From Antedon mediterranea (lineage: Eukaryota > Animalia > Echinodermata): a stretch of DNA of 64,000 bases. The notes beneath the pieces were generated by a model. The model was not told the origin of the DNA and searched no databases. It saw only the letters and a program-made list of their open reading frames with translations. The translations under genes were made by a program, and so were the position numbers. Positions within the stretch are counted from its first letter, which is position 1. Each line of letters begins with the position of its first letter. Of the stretch, positions 1-12,800 are shown in pieces. The DNA is taken from positions 12,028,001-12,092,000 of the forward strand of contig NC_092672.1 in the NCBI RefSeq assembly GCF_964355755.1, in the 5' to 3' direction.

Positions 1-195
1 TGGACGCGACTCTATAGTTCCCTATGTCGGTCGGTCGGTCGGTCGGTCTGTCGGTCGGTCCGGTATCACTATGCGTTTTATCGCTTTTCTGTACTTTTTG
101 AACTGTTTTGATGTACAGAAAAGTTTTAAAGTACATTACTTTTTGAAAGTTCATTTTTTTCTGAGAGCACGCGACTTATGGCTGTTGGCCTTGTT
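1..195. mobile_element. HINE/DINE-like non-autonomous element fragment with (GTCG)n microsatellite
   Basis: (gtcg)n tract at 25-62, acgcgact repeated near both ends, ends ggccttgtt. Confidence 0.45.
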
Positions 196-638
196 TATAT
201 TTATTTTACGTTATTTTTGTTCATTTTTTTAGGATAGTAAATAACTTTATTAACATTACGAAATAACCAATTCAATGTTTGATTTTATCAATAATCTGAG
301 TTGTTCATGTTTTGCGAGAACAACTAAAACAAGAAAAATAGTACAATAATGATGAAGATTTCCAAATACTAAAAAATGACAAGACATCTATATTGACTAT
401 TGTAATATTAATTCAAATCGCTGGCTCAACAAAGAACTTGTCAACATTACATTGTAGACAGAAATGTGAACTTCAAATTATGACGTTATACATTATAATT
501 GTTACCGTATAGTACACTATTTTAATAAGATAATAACATTTTTTACCAGCGTTCATACTCTATAATGTTTTATCAATCTGTGTTTACAGACGTTACAACA
601 TACAATTCACGGTTATACATTAAAAACCAAAATCTTAC

Positions 639-884
639 TTCAGTAAAAGTAATACACAGTGTTGTTTTTCCAATTCCTTGCAACTGTTCTTGCAAATCCC
701 CCCATTTTAATGGAATACTTCTCACCATGGCCTTCATGTAACGACCAACGTTTCTCCTTAGTTGTTTTATACCTTCATGCGATTTTACAGTGTTATCCAC
801 CATGTACATCTCACGATCTACATGGTCGGCATATGGCATTCCTTCCATATTTTCAAACATTTTACGAAACTTATCCTCCACTTC
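639..884 (-). CDS. ROCO gene exon: Roc G5 region and start of COR (YMVDN...SIPLKW)
   Basis: 246 nt, phase 0/0, gtaag donor. Confidence 0.85.
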
Positions 885-3800
885 CTTTAATAAAAAGTGT
901 TTTCATAATTACATGCTATAACAACAACAAGAATGTAATTATTCTTACAAACTGTTATTTCATATTCTGATTTGAATAAGTATAACCGATAATTAAACTT
1001 AATACACGATTTAATTTGAGGACCGTAGGCTACGCTATTTATATTTCATCACTGTATCGGTTTTAACTAATTCAGCCCTAATATCCTGTCCGTGTATACC
1101 ACATACCGTTGCAAGATTGTAAGCTTATTTAATGTTAATGTACGTCTGTTACCTTGATCCAATTTTTTGATTTTGACTTTTTACGAAATGTGTCCATATG
1201 TGTAGCAACCAAACAGATAGGAGGTGACTCGATGATCTTGCCATCAATTTCAATGGGACTTCCTGGACCATGTTGTTTCACAGTATGTTCATAAATGGAC
1301 CTTATCCAGAACATATTCATTTCCAAATTAGTCATTCCTAGTAAACTCTAAAATCATAAATAGATGCAATCTTACAAATTAAGCTAAAAATATTCTAAAT
1401 ATTAAACATTATTAGCAAATACAACGAACAATATGTGAGAAAAACATATAATTGTCTACCAGTTTCCAGGAAGGTTCAAGAAGTCGGCAAATATACCACT
1501 TTCATCTAACGCCCGTATTCTTAAACCTGACTTTAGTCGTAGTACGAGCTAAAACTAAAAAAATGACGTCATTTTAATTCATAAACCGAACTTCAACTAA
1601 ATCACCGACTAAATCAAGCCAACCTCGACTAAATCGAGACGGATTTTGATCGATTTTTTTAGTCCTGGAGGGGCAGGCTAAATTGTCGACTAAATGGTTT
1701 TTAAACGATTTTTATAAAAAACGTAACAGTCACTGAGTTGTTGTATTGGCCAGATATTGAAGAATGAAATATCTATATTTATATTAGCTTAATTAAATAT
1801 ACATTGGTATAAGTTATAATAATGAAAATCATCTTTATTTACAACTGTATACAAATTACATTATTTTCTTCGCGCAAGTCCGACTTGAACTACGTCACGC
1901 CATAGCGACAATGGGAGATGCGGCAATTCACCACGCGATGGAATGTTTGGGAAATATGACCGTTATCGCGAAATTTTCGACTTCGCATGACGTCATTAAT
2001 TTTAGAAGCCCTTTCTCGGCACAGAGGCATCAACGTTTCGCGCGAAAACATTAGCATAAAGTATACGTCATTTTATAGCTGTTTAATAAAAATTAAAGGG
2101 CGAAAAATTAACCATATGGTAAGATCAGTTCCTTATTATGTTTAAGATGTCGCAGGTCACCTAATTTTCGAAATAATTTGTTGGATTTGTTGTCAGTGAC
2201 AGTTTCTTTCCAAAGTTCGTGTGCAGCCGTCAAAGCTGAAGTTTTCTAACTTGTGTTTGTTTACAAATTTTCCATTAGTGGGATTTGCATCCCATACAGT
2301 GAATTACCAAAAAATCGGCGTATATGGATAGAGTAAGTATCAATAGTCTGTTTTACGTTAAAATTGGCTTGAAACCCTATTTAAGCTTCCTACAGCGAAC
2401 ATTTTAAAAAAGGTCCTCATTTCACATAATTGTTACGTCTCGCGGCACTAGTTCCGTCGTGTGTGGTGCATGGTGTGTTGATTGTGGTTGTTGCAGGTGT
2501 GGGTGTGTGCACGACCTGGTGGATCGTTGTCGTAATATCGGCCTAGGCTTAGCCTTAGTAACATGTTGATAATTAAAATACTTTAGTTACAATTTAGTAT
2601 TATTAAAGTTTCGTTAATCCTACTCTATATTGAAGATGCGTTGGGAAGGTTTTAAAAAGATAATTAAGCCAATCGCAGCCTGACATATAGTTAAATATCC
2701 TCATTATTGGCAACTGATGGGTACAATTTATTTACTGTATTAATAATTATACAATAAATATACAGACACAAGGAAGTTTTGTGTTTAGTGCTTTTTTATG
2801 GTAGGCCTACAATACAGTCATATTTTATCTGAATATGTTTTCAGGTTGTGGAATAATTATATAATTATACAGTATTTAAGAAAATGTTTTCGTCATAGTG
2901 ACAATTATTTAAATAGTTCTTTACATTTCAGCTATTCATTTTCATTTCAGGTTTTTTGTTGGTATCAAGATTTTCTATCTCGTTCTTCAATATGAGGTTG
3001 AAAGTGGTTTTCTCGATTTCAATATCATTGCTGATAGTTTTTCATTTTATTCGCTAATATAACATATAAATTTATATTCATTTAAGTTGTAGAAGTGTTT
3101 CAGATCAGTAAATTTTTATAAAGATATAAATTAAGTTGCAATTGATTGATTTATTTACTTTATTAACCAGAGTCGCACAGATGCATACAATATAAACATA
3201 AAACAATCATAAAATCAGTACAACAGTAAGACTCAAGTAAAAATGATATCTCAAAAAGTACATATGGTGGCATATTTTATATTTACAGTATTAGGCCTAG
3301 CTAGTTTGTTATGTCTGATGAACAAGGTGCTATTAGAAGTTTTTATACACAGTAGTATTTACTATTTGTATCAGTAATTGTTTGAAAGGTTGTATTTTTT
3401 CACATTCTGTATATGTATACATAAAAAGAAAAAATGTATTGCTTGTGTGAAATGTAAGTTGTATCTAATAAAGTAATAGAATATTTCTGTATACAAGTGT
3501 GACATTTACTGCCAGATATTGATATACTTATAAGTACCAACCAATTAACAATACTCAAGTAAATGATGGGCTAATAATTATCTTTTTTAAAAACATGACC
3601 ATATAAAAATACATGGTTGAGTCTCTCAAACAAAAGATGCCTGATTTTATAAATAACATTCCCCACCATATTTATATATAAATTGAAAATGGGTTATCTT
3701 TTGGCACTTTGTTTTTCAATTTATTGTTTTTTAACAGTGTTTGTAATTTTTTTCTGGGCCTAGGTTCTTCTTCAGGCTTCTTCTTGCTTGGTATATGAGC

Positions 3801-6800
3801 TGGGATAGACCTATCAGCCTAGATTATGGAATACCCAGATTATGTCTACTTCTACTCCAGCTACTATAGGCCCTACTATAACACAAACTACTATCAGAAT
3901 TACCTAGCCTAACTAGGCCTAGAAAATACTATTTTTAGGCCTAGCTAGGCTAGAAGTTAAGTAAGTAATTATAGTAGCTAGTCTAAGTAGGCCTTTCCTA
4001 GCTCAGAAACCAAATAGAACAATAATCGGGCAGCAGATTGAAACCTTAGGCCTGTGACGCAGTACGCCTGCATGAACAACCGGATTAAACAGGGACACGA
4101 TTCGGTCCGGGTCGATTCGTACCAGCTTCGTAAAACGTAAACAAAGTTTCAAAATGGCGGTTTTTCTATCGTAACTGAACAGAAATGTAGTAGGTTTGGT
4201 TTGATTAGTGGGAGTTGCATCCCAAGAAAGCTTAAAATTAGATTTTTATTTTAATAGATAGCTTAATAGTTTATCTTGAAAGGATTTTAAATTCGCTTTG
4301 AAACCTTATCTAGAAAATATGAAATTTAATGATTTTTTACCATCATTTAAAAAAAAATATAAATAAAAATGTTTTTACACAAAATAATGATATTTCTCGA
4401 AACAAAAAAACTGTGGAATTTAGATCACAGTTTTTATCATTATTTACGCTTGCAGTTCAACTATTGAAATACGTTTATTGATTTCATCTAATATCAAAAT
4501 TATACAATTTTCAAAGTGTACTAAAATAGCAAAAATTCCAACATTTTCCACGAAGCGCGCCCTCACAATGAATGAAATCAGTGATGCTGTAATATATTGT
4601 TGCGTTGTTGAGGTACTAATGAAAGACTCTAACTCGCTTGACTGTCGTAACACATATATTGTTTATTCAGTATAATACTTCAGTACAATATACAACTATA
4701 AGTATAGATTGTGAAGTGTGTTAGTCTGCTTCTGGAGAAGTGGCTGTAAGGTGTGTGCTCCGTGAGGTGGCTGTAAGGTGTGTCTGGGCCCTTCTGAAAC
4801 TTGGGAGTATATTGGCTCAGTTCATTTGCATAATGTCATTACATCATCTGTGAGGGTAACGATTGGTCCTAAGTTGATCCAGGGGTGTTTAAGTGGGAAT
4901 GATTGATCTTATCTGGGGAGGTTACAATGATGAATTGGCCCTGTTGAATCTCTGCTTAAAACTGTCAATATCTAATTGTTTTACGATGGGAACAGTCACG
5001 AAATTAAGCTAAGGGTTTTCTTTAGGGATTCTATTATAAACTAAATGGTCATTAAAACATCTGGACAAACTCTCCTTTGGACTTTCTGGGTCAAGTTTGT
5101 GAACCTATTTGAATTCCGATACAAAGGTCAATTTCTTAAATATAAAAGTATATCGTTATATCACATCCCTCTGTTTCCCTCTTTTTTTTTTCTAATCTAT
5201 TTAACATATAAAAATGGTTATAATAGTGGCATGCAAAATTAAAGTTATATAAAAGAAAAAAACATTATTATACATATATATGCAAATTTGAGTTAGCCAA
5301 AACCATTGACTCTGAAGTGTAACCTTATCACTTTCACTCTCTCTCTTCTCTCTCTTAAAAAAATTAAAATAAAAATGAATTTGGTATAAAATTCGCGTAA
5401 ATCAAACATAAATCGGTTGAAAATAAAATTACAAAACTTAAAAATAGTATGTTACATTGAACATACATCAAATTGTGCGACAACTCATCGCGTTCTAATG
5501 GCCTTCAAACATAAATCATCAAATTAAAACATAAAACTCAAGAAACGGTGGCTGATTAGCCTAAAATAAAAATATCAAACTTAATCACTTAAAACTTTAA
5601 AGAAACAAATGTGTGTGTCCCGTTGACACAAACTTATCCACAATATATCGTTATCGTCACAACTTTATCGATTTAAGCATTTATATTCACAGGTAATTAC
5701 GATTTCAATCAATCGACAAATTCGACTTTTGTACTCAATGTCAAAAAAAATTACAATTAAAAGTACTAAGAAAATCTCCTGTTATTGTATATCAATTAAT
5801 TAATGCTTGAGATTAACGACTCAAAGGTTAAACAAAATATTTGTTACAAAATGATTGTCGTTCCTTTTAATATCTCAATATATCGATCATTCAAAATTCA
5901 AAATTAATCTTTATCAAAAAAAACTCGTTACAAAATCAATACTTAATCATAATTTTAATTCTCTTTTAACTGAAATCACATCATTACTAAACAAATCTCA
6001 TCAAATACGTAGACTATGCTATCAATAATTTAGCAAATGTCGTAATTTAAAAATAATCTTGCAAAAAAAATTAAATCAGTAACTTGTTGCATTATACAAA
6101 CGTTTTATGAATCGTTTTGGCGATCCACTTATCGGTATCAGTTTATCATTAATGATCTCTTTAATTAATTTATCTGTATCGTTATATCTGTCAATATTCC
6201 ACCAAAATTTGCGATCATTAGATTCGTGTTTTGTTTTATCGGTGTTGCGTTTGGCTGAAGTCGGTTTAGAATACGAAACTAAAACTTGGAAATGTCCTGC
6301 TTTAAATCTACCTCGGTTTAATGTCATACTTGAATCATTAGGTGCTGTCATAATTAGATTAGTTTGTTCCTTTATTTGTTCTTCTTTCATTTGGAATGGG
6401 GCTGCTAATCCCATGTTATTCTCTACACAGTCAATGTAAGGTTGCAAGTTAAGGGGTTCTATCTTAGTTGGATGTGTAAGGGTATCTGATTGCAATTGGG
6501 TGGGTGTCCTATCATGTTCGTCTACAAATTCAACATTGATTTCGTCATTTACTACATTAATGGTGTTTTGGATTTTATCGTTATTATCATCAGTTGGTTC
6601 ATTCAACAATTGTTTAAGTTTTTGTAGATGTGTAAAATGTTTGCGTTCTTTGGGTGTTCTCATAAAACAGGGTTTCAGTCTGTTATAATTGAATACGTCG
6701 CGAAGTATTTCTCCTTTAATCGTCGCTAGGATGTAGTGTGTTCTGTCTAGTACTTCATGAATTACTAATGGTCCGACCCATTCTGCGGCGATTTTCTTTG

Positions 6801-9800
6801 AATTTGCTGTTAGTGATGATGATGTTGGCTTGTATAAATATACGAGTTGTCCTACTGAGTAAATTGGACTTTTTTCTAAGCGTTGGGAAATCTTTGAGTT
6901 TTGGACGTTTTGTTGTGTTCGCTGTAATTGTAGCATTGTCTGTGAAATGTTTTGAAATTTCTTCTTGAGATGTTCAAAGTATTCTTCATAGGAATGAGAC
7001 AATCCTGAAATAGGGTTAAATGCTAATGAGGTCAAACTTGGAGGTTGGCGGCCAAAAACTAATTCGTAAGGGGAGTGGTTTCCTAGATGTGGGGATGAAA
7101 ACGAGTTATAAGCATAACATGTTGTTGATACAAATCTAACCCAATCTGTTCCGAATTGGTTAAGGTTGACCTTTAACAGGTCCGATACGGTGCGGATATG
7201 ACGTTCAACTTGTAAACTACCGTGATTGTGGACGCTGATGATTTTCCTATCAATATTAAGGGTGTTACATAATAGTGTTAATAATTTTCCTGTAAGGGAG
7301 GTTGCTGCATCTGAAATAAGACGAGATGGGGGCCCAAAAATACTGATGACCTTTTGAATTAGTGCTTCACAAATTGTTTCGGCATCAATGGATTTCAAAG
7401 GTACACAACTCAAAAATCTAGTTATCTCATCACATACTACCATAATATGTTTAAAACCTGAAGGTGAAGTTGGCATACTCTTAAAATCTAGACTGAGTGT
7501 ATGAAAGGGACGGTAAGTTGCTGGTACTCGATCGTGTAAAGGACGTAATCTATCGGTTTTGGGACGAAATTGTTGACATCTAAGACACGCTTGGGTATAA
7601 TTGTTGACTTTCTCGAACATAAGGGGCATGTAAAATAATTTCCTAATAGTAAGGTAAGTACGCATCGTACCTTGGTGGCTACTTAACAAATTGTCGTGAT
7701 ACTGAGAAATAACAGTCTCTGCTAAGTTTTCAGGAACAGCTAATTGCAATACAAATTCTCCACCTTTATCTTGGAAAAATAAACGGAATAGTAAACCGTT
7801 GCACAATATGTACTGCTCTGACTTATTCTGAACTGCACGAGCTGCTTTCTTATCAGCTGGAAGGATATCATGAACTAAATAATCGTAAACTGGCTTAAAA
7901 AATGGTAAAGTTTCTTATTCAACACGTAATTGTTTAACGTCTACTGGGAGGTTATAATCTCTAATTATCTTTCTTTGAATAACATCCATTAATCTATCTA
8001 AGTCTTGTTGTTTTGGGATGTGTGCTGACTTAAATTCAGTTATGTTTGGTACTAGTGGTTTGGGCGATGTATACAATTCAACAGGTACGTTTCGATGTGT
8101 AGTATCTTTGCTTTGCTTATTTTTGTCTACTAGTCGTTCCTCTGGAGGTTGTCGAATGTTTACATTACGTATTGGGGGTGGCGTTACGATAGGTGGCGTT
8201 ATGATAGGCGGTGATCGATGTGCGTTTGTTTGTTGTCTCGTGATTATCTGTGGTGTAGCGGTAGGTTGAGGTGTAGGTCGCGTGTTTGTTGTCACTGGGT
8301 TTTGATTAATGACAGGCGTTTGTTTGGGTTTGGGTTTATGTAGGTCAGGTATATTTATTCCCATTTTCTTGGCGTATGACCTTGTTACTGGTCTGCTAGT
8401 AGATGTGTTTGTAATCGGGTTAAAGGATTCAGTCTCTGTAATATTAAATGCAATGGGTACAACTTGATCAATTTCGGAATCGTCATCACGAGGGGCTCGG
8501 GAGAGGAAATCTGCTAAAACTAATTCAGTTCCTTTCTTATAACCAATTTGGAAAATGTATCCGGACAATCGTAATATTAGTTTCTGTAGACGGGGTGTAC
8601 ATGGCTGATCTTTTGAATTCCAAATTTGTACAATTGCTGAGTGGTCTACGAATGCATCAAATTCGCAACCCTTTAGTAAGTGTCGAAATGCTGAAACGTT
8701 AATGTAAAGTCCAAATAACTCTAGTTCTGTGACGCTATATCGTTGACAGGCTTGTGGTAAGATTTTGGAATAATAACCTATTATGTGTTCTTTACCGTTT
8801 ACTGTTTGTGTTAAATATGAACCTGTTGCGGTTCTTGAAGTGTCGCTATATAGCGTAAATCTACCTTCTTTTCTAGGCATTTGAAGAGTTGGTGGTTTAA
8901 CCATTAATTGTTTAATTTCGTCAAATGCTTTCTGGTGTTCAGTAGACCAACACAATTTTCGGCGTTTGCTTGCGAGTGTGTGTAACGGACGTAAAATTGA
9001 TTGTATTTGAGGGAAAAAATGGGATACATAATTTACTGCACCAATAAATCGTTTAGTTTCTTTATGGGTTCGTGGGACTGGCAAATTTCGGATAGCTGCA
9101 CACCTGTCGCCTAATGGTGTGATACATGCGCGTCCTGAAGAATTAATCAGGATGGTGTGTCCCATATATTGCACTTTATTCTTGAATAACTTACATTTCT
9201 TTGGACAAATTCTAAAACCATTTAATTGTAGGGCTTGTAAAACGGAAACGAGGTGCTGCTTATGAGCAAATTTGTCTTGGCTAAATAAAATAATATCATC
9301 ATGATGGGCGATACAGAATTCTCTAGAATTTGGGATTTCATTTAAAATTTCGTCAATCTTTGCTTGAAATATACCTGGTGAAACGTTTAATCCTTGTGCT
9401 AATCTCTTATAATAATAATGTTTTCCACCATGATATGAAGCTATACCTGTATATTGTTGGGCATGTTCGGCTAATGGTACACAGTGGAACGCTGATTTCA
9501 AATCAATTACGCTAAGAATCTGTGCATTAGCGTTACCTATTGTTTTCAAAGTTTCGGCTAATAATGGGAATGGGTGATTAATACGTTTTATCCTGGAATT
9601 TAGATAGCGGAAGTCTGTGACAACTCTTTTATCTTTTGAATTTTTCTTTGAAACAAGAAGGACAGGGGAAGTATACGATTGGTGTCCTACTGCTAAGATT
9701 CCTAGTTTGACTAATTTGTTCAATTCGGCCTCAATAACATGTTTGACTTTGTCTGTCGCAAAGTATGGGCGAATAAAAAATGGTTCATCGTTAGAGAGGT

Positions 9801-12800
9801 GTATGTCAGCTTTGAAGTTTGGGCAGCTAGATAGTTCACCATAAAGTGAAAATGCGTTTCTGTTTTGTTGTAAGGTTTTATACAAATCTTCTTTTTCTCT
9901 ATGTGTTAAAACGCTGTCTGTTAAATCAACTTGTTTTCTAATTATTTCTTCCTCGGTTAAAGATAGAAATGGGTCTGTACGTTCTAAATGTGGGTACTTG
10001 TTTGCGTTGTCATTGGTCAACTTTATTCTATCAATTGGTAGGTCATTAGTAACTGTTACAAGGTTGGTTAAATGAAGGCTCGCGATAGGTTGATGTGTAT
10101 TTAGAGATACGTTTCTGTTTGTGTTGTTAGTGATATCAATGTTGGTTTCTCCTCTGTGTAATTTTACTAACATATCTGATGGACAAAGTTTTGAAATATG
10201 GGTGGTTGCATGTAGAACAACATCAGAATTGCGTACAAAGGCGGGAACCCTTCCTTTTAATTTAACTGTTTTAGTATCACCGGGTTTAAGAAAAAAAATG
10301 CGAAATGTGTTTTCCTTAAAATTTAAAGTACCGTCGAGTTCAGACAATGTTTCGGTTCCAAGTATCAGGTCAATACCTGTCAAATTTTTAACGATTAATG
10401 CTGAAATTTTAAATTTGTGTCCTTGGATAAATAATTCGAATTGCACTAAGTGGTTGGCATATAAGAAGTCACCGTTACCTAATCGAAATTTAGTTGTGTT
10501 CACTTTAATTGGCTTTAGACGCGATAAATAAAGTGAGGAGTTAACGTACGATTGTGAGATTATAGTTCTAGTTGAACCACTGTCAAATAAAGTTAAAACA
10601 TTTCTACCATCTGGTAAATTTCCTTTAACGTAATTTCTGTCGTTAAGTAACAAATCAATATTATCTGAATTCCCTAAGTATTTTGCCTTAAAATTGTCGT
10701 ATTTAGTATGGGGGGCCAGATTATAGGCGGCATCTAGTCCCCTTTTTAAAAATCCTGCTGGTGGCTAGGGTAGTAATTGTTTGACTGTTGGTATGGGTAT
10801 GGCGGGGGATAGTTTCCGTAAGAGCGGTTTTGTTGTCGGCAGTGCCTTGCTATGTGGCCTGGTTTCCCGCAGTAATAACAGGTTGGGGGAGGTTGTCTAT
10901 ATCTTGGGGTCGGTGGGGTCTGGAATCGGGGTTTGTATGGGCTTGGGCTTCGGTTTCGTCTTGGGATATAATTTCGGGTGGGGGAACGTGAGCGTCGAGT
11001 ATCATCATTAAGGGATCGTTTTGTTGTGGCCATGTCTAACTTGAGAGAATTTATCTCATGTTGGAGCGATTCGAGACTATTAGGCCTATCTGTTTCCTTA
11101 TTGATATTGAATGAAACTTCCCGTGTGGCATCATCTACGGAAAGGTCAAGGTAATTTTGTGTGCTATTTACAATATTTTCAATAGTGGCATCGATTGGGG
11201 TGGACATGGCTACAGCTGCTCTACATTTTGGTGGAAGGGTCGAAATAAATTTATTCTTTATCTGCTGGTCAGCGTATCCAATTCTGTCTGCGGCTTGTTT
11301 GATTTTGGTTAAGTGCTTTTCGGCGTTGTCGCCAGTGGTGTATGTAATTGAATCGTATTCTCTTATGTGCGCATAGATTGATTTGTTTTTACTAAACCTG
11401 TTGATGAATTGGGTTTTTAAGGATTCTAGTGAATCGAACTGCTTTCCCTCAATCCAGAGTCTAGCTTGGCCCTGAAGGCTACGTTTAAAAATACTTATTA
11501 CATTAATTAATTGGGCATTGTTTACAGGGTTTTCTAATGTGTGGGCCTCAAGGTAGTCGGTAAACGATAAGTAATGTGCACTACATTGGTCGTGATCGGT
11601 TATGGAACCGTCATATCTTTTGGGAAGGAAATCGGTTTGTCTTAGGTGGGGCACGGGGTGAGGATTGACGGGCTCATTTAAAATTACTTCGTTATCAACA
11701 ATGTCGACCATACTTTATAATATTAATTATTAATCAAATATCAAAAACAATTTAGTGTATATGTAAACTCTCACTTTTTCAATCAAGGTTACAAATCAAA
11801 AATCAAAATGGTTTCGACTTACCCCAAATGCTTCGGATCCAATTAAAAATGAATTAAAGGAATGCAAAAAGTGTTCAAAAATGTCTAAATGTTCAAACAA
11901 CGAATTAAAGAAATGTTAAAGGTGCTCATCAATGTTCAAATTTTCAAACAACGAATTAAAAAAAATGCGAAAGGTGTTCATCAATGTTCAAAAAAGTAAA
12001 TGTTAAAAAAAACGATTGAAAAAAAAACGGCGTGAAGTTGAAAGTGTCTAAACGAAACAGTTCTTGTCCGCTTGCTTCTGTTTTGATTCTTCTTGGGTCT
12101 TCCTCGATTATCTTCTTTGTCTTTATCCAATGGTTATAATTTGGTAAAATTTCTGCTTGTCTCGATCTCATTCAAATATAATTTCAGCTTGTCTTTTGTG
12201 TCTTCCTCGATTACCTTCTTTGTCTTCATCCAATGGTAATAATTTGATAAAATTTCTGCTTGTCTCGATCTCATTCAAATATAATTTCAGCTTGTCTTTT
12301 GAGTCAAAGTAAATTTCTCTCCTTTCAAACAAATATGGTTATTTTTGTCTTTGTCTTCGTCTTCGTGTCTTGTTAAGTGTTTATTTCTTGTTTTCTCACT
12401 CCGTTCCTTATGAAATTTGGGTCTTCCACCATGTAATATATTGTTGCGTTGTTGAGGTACTAATGAAAGACTCTAACTCGCTTGACTGTCGTAACACATA
12501 TATTGTTTATTCAGTATAATACTTCAGTACAATATACAACTATAAGTATAGATAAGGAACGCGGAGGATCAATGATGCTGTCGGTGAGGTGTGAAGTGTG
12601 TTAGTCTGCTTCTGGAGAAGTGGCTGTAAGGTGTGTGCTCCGTGAGGTGGCTGTAAGGTGTGTCTGGGCCCTTCTGAAACTTGGGAGTATATTGGCTCAG
12701 TTCATTTGCATAATGTCATTACATCATCTGTGAGGGTAACGATTGGTCCTAAGTTGATCCAGGGGTGTTTAAGTGGGAATGATTGATCTTATCTGGGGAG

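Noticed and set aside
2260-4320. Repeated ttagtggga.ttgcatccca motif and a YY1-like caaaatggcg as host regulatory sites
   Set aside because: They lie inside the Harbinger-like element; no independent evidence of function
5045-5242. Duplicated small [11 protein letters not shown]... (also 12925-13149)
   Set aside because: Antisense reading of the two LTRs; no coding evidence
5170-6070. Possible env-like third ORF in the Gypsy element
   Set aside because: AT-rich, no long ORF; looks like a 3' UTR
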